Assembly (NCBI GenBank): GCA_013151235.1
Contig: JAADIO010000008.1
Location: forward strand, 49,167-69,166
Source: Deltaproteobacteria bacterium
GTDB lineage: Bacteria > CG2-30-53-67
Reading direction: 5' to 3'
DNA: 20,000 nt
A program made the translations under genes and the position numbers. This document shows positions 17,151 to 20,000 of this stretch, piece after piece (position 1 is the first letter of the stretch; every line of letters starts with the position of its first letter). The notes below the pieces were generated by a model. It ran no database searches. It was not told where the DNA came from and saw nothing but the letters and a program-made list of their open reading frames with translations.

Positions 17151-17166
17151 CGGCACAATAATTGCT
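17151..17166 (+). promoter_or_regulatory. sigma54 promoter for the REC-HD-GYP gene
   Basis: CGGCAC-AATAA-TTGCT with correct -24/-12 spacing, 80 bp upstream of ATG 17247. Confidence 0.7.
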
Positions 17167-17246
17167 GCCATAACAAATGATACGATTCACCGTACAGCAA
17201 AATTACTTTTCCAAAGAAACAATTCTCTACGGATTGGCTACCGGAT

Positions 17247-18335
17247 ATGTGCCCAAAAAAGATTCTCTGTATCGAAGATAATCCGAGCAGCCGGCTTCTG
17301 ATCCGGAAGATTCTGGAACGAAACCATTTCGAGTTCCACGAAGCCGACAACGGAATTTCAGGGATCAAAAAGGCCCGTGAGATCCGGCCGGACCTCATCC
17401 TCATGGACATTAATATCCCCGGGATGGACGGCTATGAAACGACCACCCGGATCAAGGGGATCCCCGATCTGAAAAACATTCCGATTGTGGCGCTGACGGG
17501 ACAATCAGGCCAGGGCGACCGGGAACGGACCTTGATCGCCGGCTGTGACGGTTACCTGACCAAACCGATCATCGCTCGTGACCTGCCCCGGAAAATTCAG
17601 GGATACCTGACCGGAAACCGCGAGCGTGTCGCCGGCGTGGAGGAAGGGAACTACCTCCGGGAATACAGTCAGCGGCTTGTCAACAAACTGGAAGGAAAAA
17701 TCTTTGAATTAGCGGAGAAGAACCTTCAACTCCAGGAATACGGTCAGAAAATGGAACGGGTCTACATCGGCGTCATGAGTTCCCTGATGAATGCCCTGGA
17801 ACAGAAAGACCCTTACACTGCCGGGCATTCTACACGGGTCACCCGCCTGGCGCTGACGATGGGACGCAGGATGGGGCTCTCCTCCGAGGAATTGAACACC
17901 TTGACGCGGGCGGGAGAGCTACATGATGTAGGAAAACTGATTATCGATCTCTCCTCCATCAACAAAACCGCCCGGCTATCCGCAGAGGAATGGATCCGGA
18001 TGAAAGAACATCCGACCATCGGCGCCCGTATTCTCATGCCGCTCACCTTCCTGCACCAGGAGATACCAATCGTCGCCCAGCATCATGAACGGTGGGACGG
18101 CCGGGGATATCCCAACGGCCTTGCCGGGGACGACCTCAACCTGATGACCTGCATTATCACGGCGGCCGACAGTTACGACGCCATGACCTCGGCGCGTTGT
18201 TACCGCAAAAGCGTCACCCCCCCGGAAAAAGTCATCGAAGAGATCGATCGCTGCCGGGGCGCCCAGTTTCACCCTGAGGTCGCGGAGGCGCTGATCACTC
18301 TGATCGAAGGAAAGGAAGTCCCTCTTCCCCTCTGA
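17247..18335 (+). CDS. Response regulator with HD-GYP cyclic-dinucleotide phosphodiesterase domain
   Basis: REC domain (IEDN, LMDINIPGMDG, ALT, LTKP), coiled-coil linker, then EQKDPYTAGHS, LHDVGK, HPTIG, HHERWDGRGYP, ADSYDAMTSARCYR. Confidence 0.95.
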   Translation: MCPKKILCIEDNPSSRLLIRKILERNHFEFHEADNGISGIKKAREIRPDLILMDINIPGMDGYETTTRIKGIPDLKNIPIVALTGQSGQGDRERTLIAGCDGYLTKPIIARDLPRKIQGYLTGNRERVAGVEEGNYLREYSQRLVNKLEGKIFELAEKNLQLQEYGQKMERVYIGVMSSLMNALEQKDPYTAGHSTRVTRLALTMGRRMGLSSEELNTLTRAGELHDVGKLIIDLSSINKTARLSAEEWIRMKEHPTIGARILMPLTFLHQEIPIVAQHHERWDGRGYPNGLAGDDLNLMTCIITAADSYDAMTSARCYRKSVTPPEKVIEEIDRCRGAQFHPEVAEALITLIEGKEVPLPL

Positions 18336-18352
18336 CCTCCCCCGGAACAGGA

Positions 18353-18724
18353 TCAGGAATCCGGTGCATCGAAGGCCCCCCGGATCAGTTCAAATTTCCC
18401 GATTTGTCCATGCCCGTCCGTCCGGACGGCAATAACGTCAAAACGGCAGGGCGGCAACTCTCCTCCCGCTTCGTTCAGATAAGCTTGGGCGGTACGGATC
18501 AACTGCCGCTGTTTTCGCCGATTCACCGCCTCCTGGGGCATGCCGAAGGTGTTCGTCGATCGTGTCTTGACCTCGACAAAGACAAGAGTCTCCTCCTCCC
18601 GGGCGATGATATCGATCTCTCCGAAAGGGGTCCGGTAATTCCTCCGCAGGATTTCGAACCCCTCCTGCTGCAGATAACGGACCGCCCGGTTTTCCCCGAA
18701 CTTCCCCAAGAGAAGAGGTCGCAT
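18353..18724 (-). CDS. yraN: YraN family (UPF0102) putative endonuclease
   Basis: GKFGENRAVRYL..G..ILRRNYR...GEIDIIA...LVFVEVKTR...CRFDVIAV; follows rnhB. Confidence 0.93.
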   Translation of the reverse strand: MRPLLLGKFGENRAVRYLQQEGFEILRRNYRTPFGEIDIIAREEETLVFVEVKTRSTNTFGMPQEAVNRRKQRQLIRTAQAYLNEAGGELPPCRFDVIAVRTDGHGQIGKFELIRGAFDAPDS

Positions 18725-18738
18725 CGGTTCCTTCTCCG

Positions 18739-19434
18739 CTACCTTAAAAAAGAAATTCGATTCCCTTCCTGCATCGTTCCGGAGCAGTATTCCCGCACGC
18801 CCCGGAAGGTCTTGCGATGGATCGGACAGGGGCCCCGCTCCTGCAGAATCTTCCGGTGTTCGAGGGTGCCGTACCCTTTGTGTTTCTGAAAGTTGTATTC
18901 CGGATAGCGCTGATGGAATCCCGCCATGAGCCGGTCCCGGGTGACCTTGGCAATCACCGAAGCGGCGGCAATGGAATGGCTGAGCAGGTCTCCCTTGATG
19001 ATCCCCTTTTGCGGTGTCGGGTCCTGAATCCGGACGGCATCAATGAGAAGGTAGTCCGGTGCGGGTTGGAGGGCCTCTACGGCTTTTTTCATGGCGCAAC
19101 GCGTCGCCTCCAGAATATTGATTCGGTCGATCAGACCGGCATCGCAGATCCCGATCCCCCATGCCACAGCCTTTTTCTGAATAAGGGGAAAGAGTTGATC
19201 CCGAAGGGAGGGAGAAAGCTTCTTGGAGTCGGTCAAGCGGGGGATCATGCATTCGCCGGGAAGGATGACCGCCGCCGCCACAACGGGACCCGCCAACGGT
19301 CCGCGTCCGGCCTCATCGATCCCTGCAATACGGGAGAAACCTGCGCGGTAAACCTCGCGCTCCAGGAAGAATGGGTCGGTTTCGCACTCTCCGGGGAAGA
19401 GCATCTCCTCCGATTCGGCAGAGCCTTTCACCAT
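18739..19434 (-). CDS. rnhB: Ribonuclease HII
   Basis: AGIDEAGRGPLAGPVVAAAVIL, DSKKL, IKGD, SIAAASVIAKVTRD, HKGYGT, HRKTF. Start is ATG 19434 or TTG 19437/19440. Confidence 0.97.
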   Translation of the reverse strand: MVKGSAESEEMLFPGECETDPFFLEREVYRAGFSRIAGIDEAGRGPLAGPVVAAAVILPGECMIPRLTDSKKLSPSLRDQLFPLIQKKAVAWGIGICDAGLIDRINILEATRCAMKKAVEALQPAPDYLLIDAVRIQDPTPQKGIIKGDLLSHSIAAASVIAKVTRDRLMAGFHQRYPEYNFQKHKGYGTLEHRKILQERGPCPIHRKTFRGVREYCSGTMQEGNRISFLR

Positions 19435-19462
19435 CAACAAGATCCCCTCCGAAAAGCGAAGA

Positions 19463-19849
19463 CTACCCGGAAGCGTTGTTTCCCTTTTCCAGTTTGGCCC
19501 GCTGTTCCCGGGAAACCGCCGAAATTCGGGCCGCCTTTCCGGAAAGATCGCGGAGATAATTCAGCTTCGCCCGCCGGACCTTACCGTACTGTACAACTTC
19601 GATCCGATCAACGATCGGGGAATGAAAAGGAAAGGTCCGTTCCACTCCCACACCGTTGGAGATCTTCCGGACGGTAAAGGCCTTACGAAGACCGGTTCCC
19701 TGTATACCGATCACCAGACCTTCAAAAACCTGGATCCGTTCCTTTTTCCCCTCGACGATCCGGACATGGACCCGTACCGTCGTGCCGGAACGAAGGACCG
19801 GAAGATCTTTCTTTAACGCTCTTGTTTCCAAGGATTCGATAATGTTCAC
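19463..19849 (-). CDS. rplS: 50S ribosomal protein L19
   Basis: [55 protein letters not shown] start after AAGGAG. Confidence 0.98.
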   Translation of the reverse strand: MNIIESLETRALKKDLPVLRSGTTVRVHVRIVEGKKERIQVFEGLVIGIQGTGLRKAFTVRKISNGVGVERTFPFHSPIVDRIEVVQYGKVRRAKLNYLRDLSGKAARISAVSREQRAKLEKGNNASG

Positions 19850-19925
19850 GAGTTATTCTCCTTCTGAGGATAAGTTTTTCTGTTTTTTTCTACCGCATGC
19901 CAAAGTCGTTTAACTCATTGTTTTC

Positions 19926-20000
19926 GTTCATTTTCTTTGCTCGTCCAAAGAAAACGAACCAAAAGAAAAGACGCCCGATCACTCGGTCCCGCATTCGCGG
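19926..20000 (-). repeat. Hairpin-containing intergenic repeat-like element (probably truncated by window end)
   Basis: Minus strand GTTCGTTTTCTTTG-GACGAG-CAAAGAAAATGAAC is a 14-bp stem with one G-U pair (19926-19959), flanked by CAAAAGAAAAGACGCCC on the plus strand. Confidence 0.55.

Noticed and set aside
19888..19903. TGGCA sigma54-like site on the minus strand upstream of rplS
   Set aside because: No TTGC at the -12 position.
1..20000. tRNA, rRNA, riboswitch, IS/transposase or prophage genes
   Set aside because: None recognised; the window is almost fully accounted for by protein-coding genes.

Overview
A bacterial chromosomal segment of moderately high GC, with gene order typical of Deltaproteobacteria/Desulfobacterota-like organisms (inference from gene order only). 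Bases 1-6.8 kb hold a minus-strand flagellar basal-body operon: flgF-flgG-flgA-flgH-flgI-flgJ(M23 fusion)-flgN-flgK (partial). It has a consensus sigma54 promoter at its head, an internal sigma28 promoter, and no flgM at the usual position. A divergent cheV follows, then an orphan lolD-like ATPase and a minus-strand PHP/TPR/ppx-gppA cluster in which ppx is frameshifted. Next are a TauE/SafE exporter, a divergent XRE-HTH + HipA-like kinase toxin-antitoxin-like module preceded by three ATTGAT-N6-ATCAAT palindromes, glutamate dehydrogenase, an MFS transporter, a sigma54-preceded REC-HD-GYP gene, and the end of the rplS-rnhB-yraN cluster with a hairpin repeat-like element upstream of rplS. Most of the window is housekeeping or motility. 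The most notable parts are the atypical HipA-like module with its operator array, the FlgJ-M23 fusion with missing flgM, and the ppx frameshift. No clearly new system can be established from sequence alone.
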